A stretch of 64,000 nucleotides of DNA from Dehalococcoidia bacterium (GTDB lineage: Bacteria; Chloroflexota; Dehalococcoidia; UBA2979), in contig CAXXDN010000002.1 of NCBI GenBank assembly GCA_963667465.2, forward strand, positions 736,001 through 800,000, read 5' to 3'. Each line of letters begins with the position of its first letter. The first letter of the stretch is position 1. Of the stretch, positions 8,280 through 18,771 are shown piece after piece. The notes under the pieces are model-generated. The model had not been told where the DNA came from and did no database searches. It saw only the letters and a program-made list of their open reading frames with translations. Made by a program: the position numbers and the translations under genes.

Positions 8280-10568
8280 ATGGTTGCGACGGACAAGCCC
8301 GCGTACCGCGTGATCGGCAGCCGGCCGGTCCGCCCCGACGGCGCGGACAAGGTCACGGGCCGCGCCCGCTACGGCGCCGACGTGCTGCTTCCGGGGATGC
8401 TCTACGGCCGCGTGCTGCGCAGCCCGCACGCCCACGCCCGGATCGTGCGCATCGACACATCGGAGGCCGAGGCGCTCGCTGGCGTCCGCGGCGTCGCGAC
8501 CTGGGACGACCTGCCGCCGAAGAACTGGGACGAGCTCCCCAACCTCGGCGAGGGCGCGGCCGAGACGCGCTGGATGGCGCGCAACGTCTTCGCGCGCGAC
8601 AAGGCGCTTTATGCCGGCCACGCCATCGCCGCCGTCTGCGCCACCGATCCGCACATCGCCGAGGACGCCCTCGGCCTGATCGAGGTCGAGTACGAGGTGC
8701 TGCCGCCGCTGCTCGACGTGCGCGAGGCGATGAACCCGAACGCGCCACTGCTGCACGACGACCTCTACACCACAGACCTGACCGGTGGTGGCACAGGCGA
8801 TGAGCTGACGAACATCGGCAAGCACCTCGAGTTCCGCTCCGGCGACATCGAGGCCGGGTTCGCAGAGGCCGACGTGATCGTCGATCGCGAGTTCGAGACC
8901 GCGATGGCGCACCAGGGTTACCTCGAGCCGCACAACGGCACGGCGATGTGGAGCGAGGACGGCGAGCTGACCGTCTGGAACAGCTCGCAGGGCCCGTTCG
9001 TGGTGCGCGAGCAGCTGCACATGCTGCTCGATCTACCGCTCTCCAGGGTCAAGGTCGTGCCGATGGAGATCGGAGGAGGTTTCGGGGGAAAGATTCCGGT
9101 CTACATGGAGCCGATGGCCGCGATCCTCTCGAAGAAGAGCGGGCGGCCCGTCAAGATGATCATGACCCGCCAGGAAGTGCTCGAGGCGACCGGCCCGACC
9201 TCCGGCACGTGGGTGCGCGCGAAGATCGGCGCCAGGCGGGACGGGCGCATCGTAGCCGCCGAGATCGAGCTGGCCTTCGAAGCGGGCGCCTTCCCCGGAT
9301 CGCCGTTCTCCGCGGGCGCGCTTTGCGCGCTGGGCCCGTACGACATCGAGAACCAGCGCGTCGAGGGCTGGGACGTCTGCGTCAACAAGCCGAAGGTCGC
9401 TGCCTACCGGGCACCCGGTGCTCCGGCGACTGCATTCGCCGTCGAGTCCATCCTCGATGAGCTGGCGGATCTGCTGGAGCGCGACCCGATCGACCTGCGC
9501 CTGCAGAATGCCGCCCACGAGGGCACTCGCCTCTCGGACGGGACGCCGCTCGGTGTGATCGGCAACGTCGAGGTGATGGAGAGCGTCCAGGGCAGCGAGC
9601 ACTACCGCTCCGAGCTGCAAGGCGAGAATCGGGGCCGCGGCGTGGCGCTGGGCTACTGGCGCAACGCAGGCATGGAAACGAGCGCCCACGCCGTGATCAA
9701 CCAGGACGGGACCATCAATCTGGTCGTCGGCACGGTGGACATCGGTGGGCTGCGCGCGACGCACGCGATGCAGCTCGCCGAGGCCCTGGGCCTCGAGTAC
9801 GACGACATTCGCCCGCAGGTGGTCGATACTGCCGCGGTCGGGCGCAACTCGGTAACCGGCGGGAGCCGCAGTACCTTCGCAGGCGGCTGGGCGATGCACG
9901 AGCTGGCGCAGGATCTGCGCGCACAGCTCGAGGCCCGCGCCGCACAGATCTGGGGCGTCCAGCGCGACAATGTCTCCTACGGCGACGACGCGGTTGTCCG
10001 CGGCCCGGCGGCCGTGGACGGCTCGGAGCGCTCGTTCAGCTTCAAGGAGCTGGCGGGGCAGCTCTACGGCAGCGGCGGGATGGTCCAGGCGCGCGCGGAC
10101 GTCAGCCCCACCACCGTCGGTCCCGCCTACGCCGGACACGTCGTGGATGTCGAGGTGGACCCGGAAACCGGCAAGGTCGACATCCTGCGCTACACGGCGG
10201 TGCAGGACGTGGGCAAGGCGATCCACCCGTCCTACGTCGAGGGCCAGCTGCAGGGTGGGGCGCTGCAAGGCATCGGCATGGCACTGACCGAAGAGTACTT
10301 CTACGGCGACGATGGCGTGATGCGGAACTCGAGCCTGCTCGACTACCGGATGCCGACCGCCCTCGATACGCCGATGATCGACGCGGTGCTCGTGGAAGTG
10401 GCGAATCCGGGTCACCCCTACGGGGTGCGTGGCGTGGGCGAGGTACCGATCGTCCCGCCGCTGGCGGCGATCACGAACGCGATCCACGCTGCGACCGGCG
10501 TGCGCATGCAGAAGCTGCCGGCCTCGCCGCGCGCGGTCCTCGACGAGCTGCTCTCGGAAGAGGCATAA
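8280..10568 (+). CDS. Xanthine dehydrogenase-family molybdopterin-binding large subunit, paralog 2
   Basis: Same motif set as paralog 1 (IGGGFGGK, AYRAPG, GVRGVGE) and colinear with it. GAGGAGG RBS. Confidence 0.95.
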   Translation: MVATDKPAYRVIGSRPVRPDGADKVTGRARYGADVLLPGMLYGRVLRSPHAHARIVRIDTSEAEALAGVRGVATWDDLPPKNWDELPNLGEGAAETRWMARNVFARDKALYAGHAIAAVCATDPHIAEDALGLIEVEYEVLPPLLDVREAMNPNAPLLHDDLYTTDLTGGGTGDELTNIGKHLEFRSGDIEAGFAEADVIVDREFETAMAHQGYLEPHNGTAMWSEDGELTVWNSSQGPFVVREQLHMLLDLPLSRVKVVPMEIGGGFGGKIPVYMEPMAAILSKKSGRPVKMIMTRQEVLEATGPTSGTWVRAKIGARRDGRIVAAEIELAFEAGAFPGSPFSAGALCALGPYDIENQRVEGWDVCVNKPKVAAYRAPGAPATAFAVESILDELADLLERDPIDLRLQNAAHEGTRLSDGTPLGVIGNVEVMESVQGSEHYRSELQGENRGRGVALGYWRNAGMETSAHAVINQDGTINLVVGTVDIGGLRATHAMQLAEALGLEYDDIRPQVVDTAAVGRNSVTGGSRSTFAGGWAMHELAQDLRAQLEARAAQIWGVQRDNVSYGDDAVVRGPAAVDGSERSFSFKELAGQLYGSGGMVQARADVSPTTVGPAYAGHVVDVEVDPETGKVDILRYTAVQDVGKAIHPSYVEGQLQGGALQGIGMALTEEYFYGDDGVMRNSSLLDYRMPTALDTPMIDAVLVEVANPGHPYGVRGVGEVPIVPPLAAITNAIHAATGVRMQKLPASPRAVLDELLSEEA

Positions 10569-10573
10569 CAGTC

Positions 10574-10843
10574 ATGGCGACGGTGTTCATTCCCTCGCTG
10601 ATGCGGAAGATGACGGACGACCGCGAGACAGTCGAGGTGCCCGGCGCCACGCTGCGGCAGGTGGTCGACAACCTCGATGCGGAGTATCCGGGCATCAAGG
10701 AGTTGATCGTCGAGGACGGGCGGGTGCGGCCCGGGCTCCAACTGGCCGTGGACGGGGTGCTGTCCGCGACGGGGCTGATGGGCAAGGTGCCGGAGGGCTC
10801 GGAGGTCCACATCCTGCCGGCACTCGGAGGGGGACACCGCTAG
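10574..10843 (+). CDS. MoaD/ThiS-family sulfur carrier protein
   Basis: Beta-grasp pattern GATLRQVVDNLDAEYPGI...EVHILPALGGG, plus a 2-residue extension HR. Confidence 0.9.
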   Translation: MATVFIPSLMRKMTDDRETVEVPGATLRQVVDNLDAEYPGIKELIVEDGRVRPGLQLAVDGVLSATGLMGKVPEGSEVHILPALGGGHR

Positions 10844-10844
10844 G

Positions 10845-11880
10845 TATTCTTCCCACGAGCGTTGTTTACAGGCGTGAGGCGGGGACAGCCCCGCCGATGC
10901 CGCCGTGTGGCCGGCGAGCATTGTAGCGGTAGAGCCAGCGCGGGAGCTGGTGCAACCGCTCGGCGTTGGAGCGGTAGGGGCGGGCGTAGGCCCACTCGTT
11001 CTGCAGGATCTGGATGAAGCGCTCGGCCTTCCCGTTCGTTTGCGGGCGGTAGGGCCGGGTGTGACGCAGTTCCACTCCTGCGGCGGCGGCCACGCCGCGG
11101 AAGTCGCCGGAGACGGTGTACGCCTGCGCGTTGTCGGTGAGCACGCCGCGCACGCGCACGCCGCGGCGGCCGAACGCGGCGAGCGCCTGCTTGAGGAAGG
11201 CGGCGCAGCTCGCGCCGCGCTCGTCGGGCAGCACGGCGACGTAGGCGTAGCGGCTGTGGTCGTCGACGGCGACGTGGAGGTAGTCGAGGCCGCGCGTGCG
11301 CGGGGTCGCCGCGGAGCGGCCACGGACGCGGTGTCCGCCGCCCTCGGGGATGCGGCCCAGCTTTTTCACGTCGATGTGCAGCAGGTCGCCGGGGGCAGGG
11401 TGCTCGTAGCGCAGCTTCTGCCTGCTCACGCGGTGCAGGCGGTCGAGACGGTTGAGACCGAAGCGGCGGAGCACGGCGTAGGCGGTGGAGCGGGCGATCC
11501 CGAGCGCCCAGGCGATGCGGTGCGGCCCGAACCCCTGGCTGCGGCGCACCGCGCAGATGCGGGACTCCAGCTGCGGCGAGGTGCGGCGCGGATTCGAGCG
11601 CGGAGCGGAGGTGCGGTCCTCGAGTCCGGCCGCGCCCTCCTCGTGGTAGCGGCGCCACCACTTGCCGACCGTCGCACGAGAAACCCGGAAGCGCCGCGCA
11701 ACCTCCGCCTGCGACCAGCTGGCCTCGACCTCCAGAACCATCTCCAGCCGGGTGGCCGGAGTCAGACGCGCGTTAGGATGTGCCACGAGAGGCTCCTCTC
11801 CTGCTACTGGTGCGTTCTTCAGACACACACACAGCAGCAGGCGGGGCCCCTCACCTGCAACAACCTACGTGGGAACTACA
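10845..11880 (-). mobile_element. IS481-family insertion sequence, copy 1 (1036 bp)
   Basis: Imperfect terminal inverted repeats TATTCTTCCCACGAGCGTTGTT / TGTAGTTCCCACGTAGGTTGTT (reverse complement of the right end). Flanks are GCTAGG and CCTAGG. Near-identical to 25195-26230. Confidence 0.95.
10866..11786 (-). CDS. IS481-family DDE transposase
   Basis: HPNARLTP N-terminus, HTH, LLHIDVKKLGRI, AVDDHSR, LTDN, RPQTNGKAERF, YNARRPH. Probable GTG start at 11786. Confidence 0.95.
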   Translation of the reverse strand: MAHPNARLTPATRLEMVLEVEASWSQAEVARRFRVSRATVGKWWRRYHEEGAAGLEDRTSAPRSNPRRTSPQLESRICAVRRSQGFGPHRIAWALGIARSTAYAVLRRFGLNRLDRLHRVSRQKLRYEHPAPGDLLHIDVKKLGRIPEGGGHRVRGRSAATPRTRGLDYLHVAVDDHSRYAYVAVLPDERGASCAAFLKQALAAFGRRGVRVRGVLTDNAQAYTVSGDFRGVAAAAGVELRHTRPYRPQTNGKAERFIQILQNEWAYARPYRSNAERLHQLPRWLYRYNARRPHGGIGGAVPASRL

Positions 11881-11942
11881 CCTAGGCAGGCGCCCTCAGC
11901 GGATCGGTACTGGCGCACATTGCCGCGCCTTCGCAACACGAA

Positions 11943-11987
11943 CCGTCATGTGCCGCGGGGTGCATGACGGCAAGGGTGTGCTATACT
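11943..11987 (+). promoter_or_regulatory. Inverted repeat plus extended -10 promoter upstream of the TA pair
   Basis: CCGTCATG-N12-CATGACGG (11943-11970), then TG-C-TATACT (11979-11987). Confidence 0.5.
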
Positions 11988-12023
11988 CACTCCGGTCAGA
12001 CCGGGGGGTACCAGTGGGAGTAG

Positions 12024-12524
12024 GTGGTACCGATGGAGGAGTTCGAGGTCTACTACACGACCGGGGAAGTCAAGGACGAGGAGCCTGCTAACGCCGGACT
12101 GTCCGCAGCAGACCTGCCGCGCCTGGAACGGCAAGTCCGCGAGACGGGCGTGGCCTACCGTGTGGTGGAAGGGCTCACGCAACAGGAACGCGAGGAGGCA
12201 TACGTCAGCCGGGCCGTGCGGCCCTCGGTCAGCAAGCGTTACCGGGTCCGGCGCGTCTTTGGCACGAACAAGTACTCCGGGCAGTACTTCGGCGGGGCTG
12301 TTCCGGCGCTGGTGGTGCTGGAGAACGGACGCCCGGTCGATGTCTACCCGCACGAAGAACAGGACGGGACGATCGTGACCATTCGCGACTACTTGGATCG
12401 CATCGGCGGTAGCGACGGCGGCGACGGCGCGGACTTGGCCAGGCGCATGGACGCATTGCGCGCTCGCATCGGGCGCGTCGGTGTCAGCGCGCGCGAGTTG
12501 ATCGAGGACGGACGCCGCTTCTGA
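12024..12524 (+). CDS. Putative antitoxin: Cys-less thioredoxin-like domain fused to a VapB-like C-terminal tail
   Basis: VPALVVLENGRPV resembles the Trx cis-Pro/beta-hairpin. A Gly linker leads to LARRMDALRARIG...ARELIEDGRRF, typical of VapB/Phd antitoxin tails. Lies immediately upstream of the PIN gene. Confidence 0.55.
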   Translation: MVPMEEFEVYYTTGEVKDEEPANAGLSAADLPRLERQVRETGVAYRVVEGLTQQEREEAYVSRAVRPSVSKRYRVRRVFGTNKYSGQYFGGAVPALVVLENGRPVDVYPHEEQDGTIVTIRDYLDRIGGSDGGDGADLARRMDALRARIGRVGVSARELIEDGRRF

Positions 12525-12573
12525 TGGCGCCGAGCCTCAGCAGCGGCAGGAGTACGCGCAGGCAGCTACAGGC

Positions 12574-13026
12574 GTGACCTATGACCTCGGGCCGCGGCGC
12601 TGCGTCGTCGATGCCTCCGTCGTGCTGAAGTGGCAGTTCGGCGACGAGGACGACGTCGAGCAAGCGCTCGCGCTACGCGACGCCTTTCTCGTGGACCAGG
12701 CCGTGGAACTGCACGCGCCGATGCTACTGGCGTACGAGCTGACCAACGCAATGCGCACCGCGGAGCGCCGTGCGCGCGTGCTTCCCGAGGTGGCCAGCGA
12801 GGCGCTCGACAACATGCTCGCGGCGGGGATCGCGCTGCACGAGCCTGCGCCCTCCGAGACGTTCCGCCTCGCTCGTCAACTCGGGATCAGCGGCTACGAT
12901 GCCGCCTATGTCGCACTCGCAGCCGAGCTCGGGATCGTGTGCTGGTCGGCGGACGAGCGGCTGGTGCGGGCCGCCTCGCCGCACGTCTCGTTCGTGCGCG
13001 CGATCAGCGAGTACGCCTCGCGTTAG
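12574..13026 (+). CDS. vapC: PIN-domain VapC-family toxin
   Basis: VVDASVVLKW, YELTN, ISGYDAAYVALA, WSADERL: the acidic PIN active-site residues are present. Confidence 0.92.
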   Translation: MTYDLGPRRCVVDASVVLKWQFGDEDDVEQALALRDAFLVDQAVELHAPMLLAYELTNAMRTAERRARVLPEVASEALDNMLAAGIALHEPAPSETFRLARQLGISGYDAAYVALAAELGIVCWSADERLVRAASPHVSFVRAISEYASR

Positions 13027-13154
13027 GACGCTAGTCCGAATCCTCGAATGAGCAACTGCGGTCGGGGGAGGGGACAGCCTCCCGGAGCTGCTCCATGAGC
13101 GGCTCCACCAGCGGGACGGCGTCGTGCACGGCCACGCGGAGGGCCGCGCTCCAG

Positions 13155-13467
13155 TCGAAGGCGAGGCCGCTTTCGATCAGCGAGCGCGCGTCCTCCTCGC
13201 GGACCCGCCGGACCTCATCGGCAAGCACGTTCGCGGCCTCGTGAGCTTCGTGAGGCCTGACTCTTCCTCGTCGAGCCGCTCCTCGAAGTAGGTGAGCGCC
13301 TTGTCGCGGATCGAGCGCAGGCCGCTCGTGAGAATGAACAGGCAGTGCTCGTCCCCCTGGTGGACCGCGATCTTCCGCGCGACGGAGGTCTCCGTCCCGC
13401 TCGTGATGCGCGTGCCGGCGATCGCGAGCAGGCCCTCCTCGCACTTCATCCCGAGGCAGAACGTCAC
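13155..13467 (-). pseudogene. Anbu (proteasome-type Ntn protease) pseudogene
   Basis: GTG at 13467 gives (M)TFCLGMKCEEGLLAIAGTRITSG...ARK...TSGLRS. Gly occupies the Asp17 position. A 1-nt frameshift near 13243 (CTC AC GAG) is followed by EAANVLADEVRRVREEDARSL...GLAFD, and similarity stops at about half the expected length. Confidence 0.8.
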
Positions 13468-13508
13468 ATGCGGACCCTTCCCGTGCGGCCGGGTCACCCC
13501 GGCGAAGG

Positions 13509-14327
13509 TTACTGCTGCTGCTGATCCGGCTGGGATTCCGAGCGCACGCGCACCATCGTGCTCCAGTGCTCGGAGGCGGAGCCGGTGAACGCGCCGCGGA
13601 TCGGAGGCACGTCATCGTAGTCGCGGCCGATGGCCGTGACCACGTAGCGTCCGTCCTGGCGGGCGTCGTTGGCGGGGTCGAGGCCATGCCAGCCGTCGGG
13701 GGCCAGCAACTGGACCCAGGCGTGGCTGGCCGGGCTTGCCGCCTCGCCGACGTGGGGTGCGAGGTAGCCGCTCACGTAGCGGGCCGGAATGCCGCGCATG
13801 CGCAGGGCGGCGAGCATGAGGTGCGTGAAGTCCTGGCAGACGCCTTGCCCGGCATCCAGCAGATCGAGCGCGGTGGAGCCTACATCCGTGTCGCCGACGC
13901 GGAAGCCGAAGCGCTCGTGCATGAGCGAGGCGATCGCCGTGCCGGCGGCCACGGGCTCGAGGTCGAGCGGGACGCCCTCGCACAGCTCGGCGATCGCGGA
14001 GTCGAACGGCGAGCGGACCGTGGGGGCGAGGAAGAGGTGGCGCATCAGCGGGGTGGGCTCGTCCTGCTCGACGGGCTGCTCCGTCTCCACCTCCGCCTGG
14101 AGTGCGAGGTGGATCTGGTCGACCTCCTGGAGGAAGTCGACGTGGTGATACGCGTTCCCGAAGCCATCGTCGAGCTGGTGCAGCGCTGCTTCCGGGCTCA
14201 GCGTGAGCGAGGCGTCGATGCGGCGCTGCCCGAAGCCGTCCGCGGGAATCACGCGCAACTCCGTGTGCAGCAGCCGCACGCCCTGCGAGTAGAGATACGA
14301 GGATTCCCAGCGAACGGCGATACGCAT
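13509..14327 (-). CDS. Transglutaminase family protein
   Basis: GVCQDFTH, ARYVSGYL, SHAWV, DPAN, GRDYDDVPP; Gln-rich C-terminus. Confidence 0.93.
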   Translation of the reverse strand: MRIAVRWESSYLYSQGVRLLHTELRVIPADGFGQRRIDASLTLSPEAALHQLDDGFGNAYHHVDFLQEVDQIHLALQAEVETEQPVEQDEPTPLMRHLFLAPTVRSPFDSAIAELCEGVPLDLEPVAAGTAIASLMHERFGFRVGDTDVGSTALDLLDAGQGVCQDFTHLMLAALRMRGIPARYVSGYLAPHVGEAASPASHAWVQLLAPDGWHGLDPANDARQDGRYVVTAIGRDYDDVPPIRGAFTGSASEHWSTMVRVRSESQPDQQQQ

Positions 14328-14337
14328 CCCGGTTGTC

Positions 14338-15300
14338 CTAACCGACCGACGACGGGATGAGCCGGAAGATCTGCTCGTGCAGATGCTCGTCGATCCCGTT
14401 CAGTCGCGCCTGGAAGGTATCGAGGAAGTCGTGCAAGCGCTCCTCGGTGAGACGGCGCTCGTCCAGCGAGGAGAGGTCCAGGTCCAGCAGCGCGAGCTCC
14501 CGCGAGACGTGCACGGAGACGGCAGGCGGGGTGAGCGCGGTCGCCCCCTCGTAGTGGCGGCGGAAGGCGCGTATGCAGAAGCGGAGGCTGCGCGGGAAGC
14601 GCTCGCTCAGCACCAGCATGCTCGCGACCGCGGGGCCGCTGGGCGGCGCCCGGTGCGTCATCCGGAATGCCTGCCGGGCCCCGGCCGAACGCAGAACCGA
14701 GGTCCAGTGCACGCGGTCCACGGAGCCGCCAACTTCCTGGCCGGCGGGGAGCGCCACATACGACTTCGCGTCGATGATGCGGCTGGTCATGTCGGCGCGT
14801 TCGATGAAGATGCCGCAGCGGAACCAGTCCCGCCCCTCGTCCAGCTGCACGGTGTTGTCGAAGAGCCCGAAGATCGCGGCGATGCTGCGCCGCACGGAGT
14901 CGTAGAAGTCGGCCATGTTGGAGCCGCCCTCGGGATCGGTGCGCCGCACCTCCAGGTAGAGCCGGTTGATCTCCTCCCAGACGTCCCGGGAGAGGTGCTC
15001 GCGCAGCTGGCGCGCGAGGCTGCGGGAGTAGTTCAGGGTGGAGCGGAGCGAGTGCGGGTTCTCGGTCGACAGCAGCAGGAACTCGCTGGGGCTGATGCTG
15101 GGGTCCGCCTCGCGCGCCTCGTCGAAGCGGTCGTGGCCGCCGGTGGCGGTGATGACCGCGTCCCAGACCTCCGGGTCCGCGTCCAGGCCGCCCGCCTCCA
15201 CCGAGGCGAAGTACGAAACCTCCGCCATGCGCGAGATGTTCTCGACGCGCTCGAGGTTGCGGCCGAACCAGTAGAGGTTCTCGGCGACCCTGCTGAGCAT
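14338..15300 (-). CDS. Alpha-E domain protein
   Basis: MLSRVAENLYWFGRNLERVEN, IERADMTSRIID, FPRS; position within the ATP-grasp operon. Confidence 0.93.
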   Translation of the reverse strand: MLSRVAENLYWFGRNLERVENISRMAEVSYFASVEAGGLDADPEVWDAVITATGGHDRFDEAREADPSISPSEFLLLSTENPHSLRSTLNYSRSLARQLREHLSRDVWEEINRLYLEVRRTDPEGGSNMADFYDSVRRSIAAIFGLFDNTVQLDEGRDWFRCGIFIERADMTSRIIDAKSYVALPAGQEVGGSVDRVHWTSVLRSAGARQAFRMTHRAPPSGPAVASMLVLSERFPRSLRFCIRAFRRHYEGATALTPPAVSVHVSRELALLDLDLSSLDERRLTEERLHDFLDTFQARLNGIDEHLHEQIFRLIPSSVG

Positions 15301-15303
15301 GGC

Positions 15304-16767
<1,464 letters not shown>

Positions 16768-17136
16768 GGCTAATGTCACCCCGACAGGATAATGCGCGGG
16801 AGGCAATCGCTGGGCGGTAACGAGCGGCGAGGGCGGGCGAATCGTTGGGGATCGGACGTGTTGGCGGGGTACGCGCGGTCTGCCTAGCGCGCCTGGGGGG
16901 TGCGCGGGCCGCCGGCCCGCAGCTGCTGGCTCGGGCGGGAACCGGCGCGCATCTGGTCGCTGACCACGCGCAGCCTCTGCTGCCGGGCTGGCTGCCGCTT
17001 GCGGGTTCCTCGCGCTGACCGCATCTGCGTGTTCCCTCCTGGCTCAACCCCAGAATCGGCGTTTCGCGTGACAGCCGTGTTCCCGCGATGTTGAGTTCGC
17101 GTGAAATCCGAACTGGGCAGGGCGCAGGCGCCTGGG

Positions 17137-18147
17137 TCAGTGTTGGACCTGCGGGAGCACGCGCTCGGCGATCAGCTCGAGCGAGGCGAAGTCCGTGAGG
17201 GCGTGGTGCTGCAGCATGATGCCCGCGATCCCGGCCTCCTCGCAGCGCCCGATCTGCTCGACGATCGCGTCCGGTGTGCCAATCAGCCAGCCGCGAGAGG
17301 CGAGGACGGGCAGCAGCTCCTCGAGGGAGCGCCCGGGACGGGAAGCGTGCGATTCGCGGGCGTCAATCGCACGCCCGCCTGCTCGCACCAGGGCGGGCGC
17401 CTGCGCGGCGATGCGCTCGAGGTGCGCGCGCTGTTCTGCCTCGTCGCGCCCGATCACGAACCCCGCCATCTGCGAGTGACGGATCTCCGAGGCGTCGCGC
17501 CCGACGTCCTCGCAGTGCGCGGCGAGCACGCCGGCGAGCCGCCGGTATTCGTCGAGAGCGACGCCGGCGAAGTTCCACTCCTGCGCGTAGCGGGCCGTGA
17601 TGCGCAGCGTGCGGCGCTCGCCGCGGCCGCCCACCAGTAGCGGCAGCGGGCGCTGCACGGGCTTGGGGTAGGAGCTGGCCTCGTGGAGGCGGTAGTAGCG
17701 ACCCGCGAAGCTCGCGGGTCCATCGCCGAGCAGTGCGAGGACGACCTGGACGCCTTCCTCGAGGCGGTCCATGCGCTCGCGCAGGCTGGGGAAGGGGAGG
17801 CCGAACGCCTCGTGCTCCCCGACGTTCCAGCCCGCACCGACACCGAGGACGAAGCGCCCGCCGCTGAGCTGGTCGAGCTGCGCTGCCATCCGCGCGAGCA
17901 GCGAGGGGTGCCGGAACGTCATCGAGGCGACCAGCGGGCCAAAGCGGATGCGCTCGCTCTCCTCGGCGGCCACGACGAAGGAGATGAAGGTTTCGAGCGC
18001 GTCGCGGTCGCGTGGGCCCATCAGGGAGTGGAAGTGGTCGGAGCGCCAGAGCGACTCGAAGCCGGCCTCCTCGGTGGCTCGCACGATGCGCCGCCACAGC
18101 TCCCAGCCGAGCCCCTCCTGGCCTTCGATCATCACTCCCAGGTCCAT
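17137..18147 (-). CDS. LLM-class (probably F420-dependent) oxidoreductase
   Basis: MIEGQEG, GFESLWRSDHF, FRHPSLLA, SGGRFVLGVGAGW, PKPVQRP, LLVGGRG. ATG at 18147. Confidence 0.9.
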   Translation of the reverse strand: MDLGVMIEGQEGLGWELWRRIVRATEEAGFESLWRSDHFHSLMGPRDRDALETFISFVVAAEESERIRFGPLVASMTFRHPSLLARMAAQLDQLSGGRFVLGVGAGWNVGEHEAFGLPFPSLRERMDRLEEGVQVVLALLGDGPASFAGRYYRLHEASSYPKPVQRPLPLLVGGRGERRTLRITARYAQEWNFAGVALDEYRRLAGVLAAHCEDVGRDASEIRHSQMAGFVIGRDEAEQRAHLERIAAQAPALVRAGGRAIDARESHASRPGRSLEELLPVLASRGWLIGTPDAIVEQIGRCEEAGIAGIMLQHHALTDFASLELIAERVLPQVQH

Positions 18148-18190
18148 GGCAGTCCTCCGTTGTGATGCGGTCCGGGCGCTGAGCAGCGGC

Positions 18191-18483
18191 CTACGTGTTT
18201 GCGGCGAGTGCGTTGCGGGCGAGGACGAGCCGGTACTCCAACTCGAGCCCGAGCCAGATGTGGGCGGGCGTCGCGAGGACACGCTCCAACTGGAGCGCGG
18301 TCTCGGCGGTGATCGCCTTCTTGCCGCGGATGATCTCGTTGACGGCCTGCCGGGGCCGGCCGAGACGCCGGGCCAACTCGGCCTGACTCATCCCCGGCTC
18401 CTCCAGATGTTCACGCAGGAACTTTCCCGGCGGGATGGGCACGTCGAGTGCAGGGGTGGGGCAGCCGTGAAGGTGCTAGCCAT
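18191..18483 (-). pseudogene. higA: HigA antitoxin (XRE HTH), frameshifted near the 5' end
   Basis: IPPGxFL...MSQAELARRLGRP...NEIIRGKKAIT...WLGLE. The ATG at 18483, which overlaps the end of higB, is out of frame with the body (shift near 18446). A GTG at 18442 could give a shortened product. Confidence 0.75.
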
Positions 18484-18771
18484 GGTAGTCGACGACCTCC
18501 TCGATCATCGCGGTTCCGGGGTCGGGTAAGGTCACCACGAGGCGGACCTGTCCTGTGAGCCGGATCGCGTAGTGCCCGGAACGGTCTCCTGTCTGCGCAT
18601 GGAAGTACAGCGGAGGGGTGTTCGTCAGGTCAGCCAGCCCGCGCGCCTGCATGAGCATGTTGACGCGCTGAATGTAGCGCCTCCCGACGACGGGCCCCCA
18701 CTCCCGGACCGCCGGGCTTCCCTGCGTGAAGCAGCGATCGAGGCGCCGCGTCCCCGGAATCGGATCTCCAT
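18476..18771 (-). pseudogene. higB: HigB/RelE-like toxin, frameshifted after codon 6
   Basis: ATG at 18771 gives MEIRFR; after a shift in the CGGGG run (~18752-18756) it continues TRRLDRCF...GDRSGHYAIRLTGQVRLVV...IEEVVDYHG. Confidence 0.75.

Noticed and set aside
5813-10568. Aerobic CO dehydrogenase (coxL)
   Set aside because: The active-site loop is AYRAPG, neither form I AYxCSFR nor form II AYRGAGR, so no CO oxidation is claimed.
13031-13154. C-terminal fragment of a DUF86/HepT toxin fused to the Anbu remnant
   Set aside because: Only a vague helical resemblance over ~30 aa and no Rx4H motif.
17060-17108. parS-like sites (TTCGCGTGA twice, 33 bp apart)
   Set aside because: Only about 10-11 of 16 positions match TGTTTCACGTGAAACA. 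It may be a regulator site but cannot be supported.
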